A stretch of 64,000 bases of DNA, taken from the NCBI GenBank assembly GCA_905234265.1, contig CAJOHJ010000011.1:12635-76634 (forward strand), given 5' to 3'. Source of the DNA: an uncultured Prevotella sp. GTDB taxonomy: Bacteria > Bacteroidota > Bacteroidia > Bacteroidales > Bacteroidaceae. This document shows, in pieces, positions 63,101 through 64,000 of the stretch (positions are counted from its first letter, which is position 1; each line of letters opens with the position of its first letter). The notes under the pieces are model-generated. The model did no database searches. It worked only from the letters and a program-made list of their open reading frames with translations, and was not told the DNA's origin. A program made the position numbers and the translations under genes.

Positions 63101-64000
63101 CGGGGTTACACTTTGTGGAGTTGTTGGTGATGGTCTCGGTGTTGAATTCCTTAATCTGCGAACCGCCCCACTTGAAGATGTGTCCGGGACGGCTGGCACC
63201 GTTCTTGGAGTTGAAAATCTCGTCAAGCAGGTCGCCATCCCAATAGATGCGGTTGTTCAGGTTTGAATAACTGCCTGACATTGCATCGCCATTGGTGTCT
63301 ATCACTTTGTTGCACGACAGTCCGATGACGCCTGACGAAACGCTGCGTCCCTGACCGCCAGGATATGCGTTGGTGAAATTTCCTGCCAGCGAGCGTCCGT
63401 CGTCGCCACCGTCGCTCTTGCGGTAGTAAATCTGACCGGTAGTGGGATTCCAGTAGCTGTTACCCTCGGAACCTTCCTGGCAGGTGAACTGCTCCAGTCC
63501 CCAGCGGTAAGGATCGAGGTCGCCGCAGTGCTGGGCGTCGCCGTGGCCGAGTCCGGTAGTTGACAGGCCGTAGCCGGTATCGTCGATACACATAGAGCCG
63601 AACATTATCTCGTCGCGTCCGTCCATGTCGACGTCGGCAATGGCAAAGTTGTGGAAGCCGTTGCCAAACCAGGGAGAGCTGCTGTCGTAGCAGTTCCAGC
63701 GCCAGCGCTGCGTCAGCTCGTGGGTTGTGGGGTTGACGTCGAGGGCGCACATCTTGTGACGCGTATAGCATCCGCGTCCGAGGAAGATGCTGGCGTGGCG
63801 TCCGTCAAGATACGGGGCGCCGAAGTAGTGCTTCTGCATGCGGTGGCCAAGGTCGCCCCATACGTCAGCGCTGCCGTAGGTTTCATTGGCCTCGAACTGC
63901 GGCAGCGGATAGGCCATTGGAGTCCAGTTCTCAGAACCGTCCCATCCGTAAGGCTCGCCGGTTTCGCCGTTCATGTAGAGCAGATACTCCTTGCCTACAC
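60105..64000 (-). CDS. PL11 rhamnogalacturonan lyase-like beta-propeller + autotransporter-type beta-strand repeats + T9SS C-terminal sorting domain (5' end outside window)
   Basis: FAIADVDMDGRDEIMFGS...TGLGHGDAQHCGDLDP and GDILGDWREEIVLR...IFTTT...YTLWHD..YR....WQNVGYNQPPH.SFFLG closely resemble YesW/YesX-type PL11 (from memory). GxGxLxL...G.T.I..G.L repeats follow, and the last ~80 aa look like a type A T9SS CTD. The ORF is open to the window edge. Confidence 0.8.
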   Translation of the reverse strand, partial: VGKEYLLYMNGETGEPYGWDGSENWTPMAYPLPQFEANETYGSADVWGDLGHRMQKHYFGAPYLDGRHASIFLGRGCYTRHKMCALDVNPTTHELTQRWRWNCYDSSSPWFGNGFHNFAIADVDMDGRDEIMFGSMCIDDTGYGLSTTGLGHGDAQHCGDLDPYRWGLEQFTCQEGSEGNSYWNPTTGQIYYRKSDGGDDGRSLAGNFTNAYPGGQGRSVSSGVIGLSCNKVIDTNGDAMSGSYSNLNNRIYWDGDLLDEIFNSKNGASRPGHIFKWGGSQIKEFNTETITNNSTKCNPAAQGDILGDWREEIVLRKSDNSAMRIFTTTTKTDYAIYTLWHDHEYRNGMCWQNVGYNQPPHVSFFLGELEGITIAPPPLILDGRTEVANGGTIGTGSNEHLLVSGYENKTISVADGASPYILTVNAPAWVKGSGSQQATSSTPKSPARTVETYTTTLTGGAFSGATRIIKQGEGVLVLPNVVEKHTGETNIWNGTLQFDGTFQSSPLWLNRHTTLISNGGSFLGGLKADYNATIFPGGKSNVGSITTTTLALGFGSRIVFDANGESFDQVNCNELTIEAKTEQVWLDFGPTYKAPVFEFTSTPATGKYLLGNVAKIEGNINDINLEGLGNVKSWLTLEDGKLYLNINALREAGAIVWNGTESLNIWDFGFSESFLLGTTATYSAQGDDITFDDNAAYTTVNIKGGVAPKSVTFNNETKAYVINGDSIIGGAPIVKNGAGTVTINSYNRSGATTINGGKLVVSMLANKSGQSYGSLGNSSQSITINDGATLQTNGVIITDQPINISGNANIAVPSGMTFSTNNSIRGTNAVLTKTGTGTMTTGAGNTYSKLVISEGRVNAIHQNNVDQLPATVEFGNGTLWGANYEDTPGITNTANFVVPKGKSGTFYGSYRGTYRGTLTGEGTFTAYTGGLRCYFDGDWSQFTGTINARKNNRQNKKSYVPVWAFRNAKGMPYATLDVGANVLASNEGNDIEVAKVTGTGYLTGSGKWIINLTSANQTLPVHVGVPKAFSAESYAGDVAVSKTYLVKRGDKALKLSTPTESAPMVNADVTVEEGKLYFNDTNASLYMIGASNTLTVQGTGRVAGQGRLYNLNIKEGGSMIPCSATLATTESTPATMLVAMTTTVDEGGTVEFIINSSKNSVLRGYNVTFNGTVKVNVPSSFTAMLGTEYQLINASGKLTGTPTFDLPELGNGLDWDTSEFMSTGKLKIVEATAIKGIANGATVNCELYTLGGQLVGSFNTTAGAATQQAQKMPLRQGTYIMQVTDGKKVVTKKVNVR

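Noticed and set aside
63972-63974. The Met at 63974 as the start of the PL11 gene
   Set aside because: The frame stays open to the window edge (…VGKEYLLY before the Met), and the sequence there is already inside the conserved PL11 propeller. The gene is 5'-truncated by the window.
1-64000. Scan for tRNA, rRNA, tmRNA, transposase, integrase and phage genes
   Set aside because: No cloverleaf-compatible sequence or T-loop consensus was noticed in the intergenic gaps, and no ORF shows DDE or tyrosine-recombinase motifs. This is a by-eye absence only, and should be confirmed with tRNAscan-SE, Infernal and ISEScan.

Overview
This is a 64-kb chromosomal window from a GC-rich member of the Bacteroidota, probably a Prevotella-like Bacteroidales. 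The taxonomic call rests on SusC/SusD pairs, a porP-porK-porL-porM-porN type IX secretion (T9SS) operon, and TAnnTTTG -7 promoter boxes. All homology calls come from motif recognition by eye and from memory, because no searches were run.

About 45 protein genes are supported, and most are housekeeping:
- xseB-xseA-S8 peptidase.
- yicC-gmk-nadD.
- A domain-truncated purH followed by mreB-mreC-mreD-mrdA-rodA.
- U32 peptidase / MNT-HEPN toxin-antitoxin / sufE / holB / PSP1 / gldH.
- rpoN-PAP2-purE-ispG.
- Three small secreted or outer-membrane proteins.
- The T9SS core operon.
- A 17.7-kb polysaccharide-utilization-like locus (PUL) with three fasciclin-like surface lipoproteins and two SusC/SusD pairs, but no enzyme or regulator.
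- priA, a 7TM-HD protein, a FadL-like outer-membrane protein, gltX, waaA and pepP.
- A partial PL11 rhamnogalacturonan lyase carrying a T9SS sorting domain.

I found no rRNA, tRNA, CRISPR array, transposase or integrase.

The most unusual signal is non-genic:
- A dispersed repeat family with core GAGATAATTYCGTAAC sits in exact 21-bp register at six intergenic loci.
- Many intercistronic spacers are built from private short tandem repeats of 7, 9, 15 or 21 bp. Several of these are completely free of G or of C on the sense strand.
- One such 7-mer microsatellite sits inside the ispG coding sequence.
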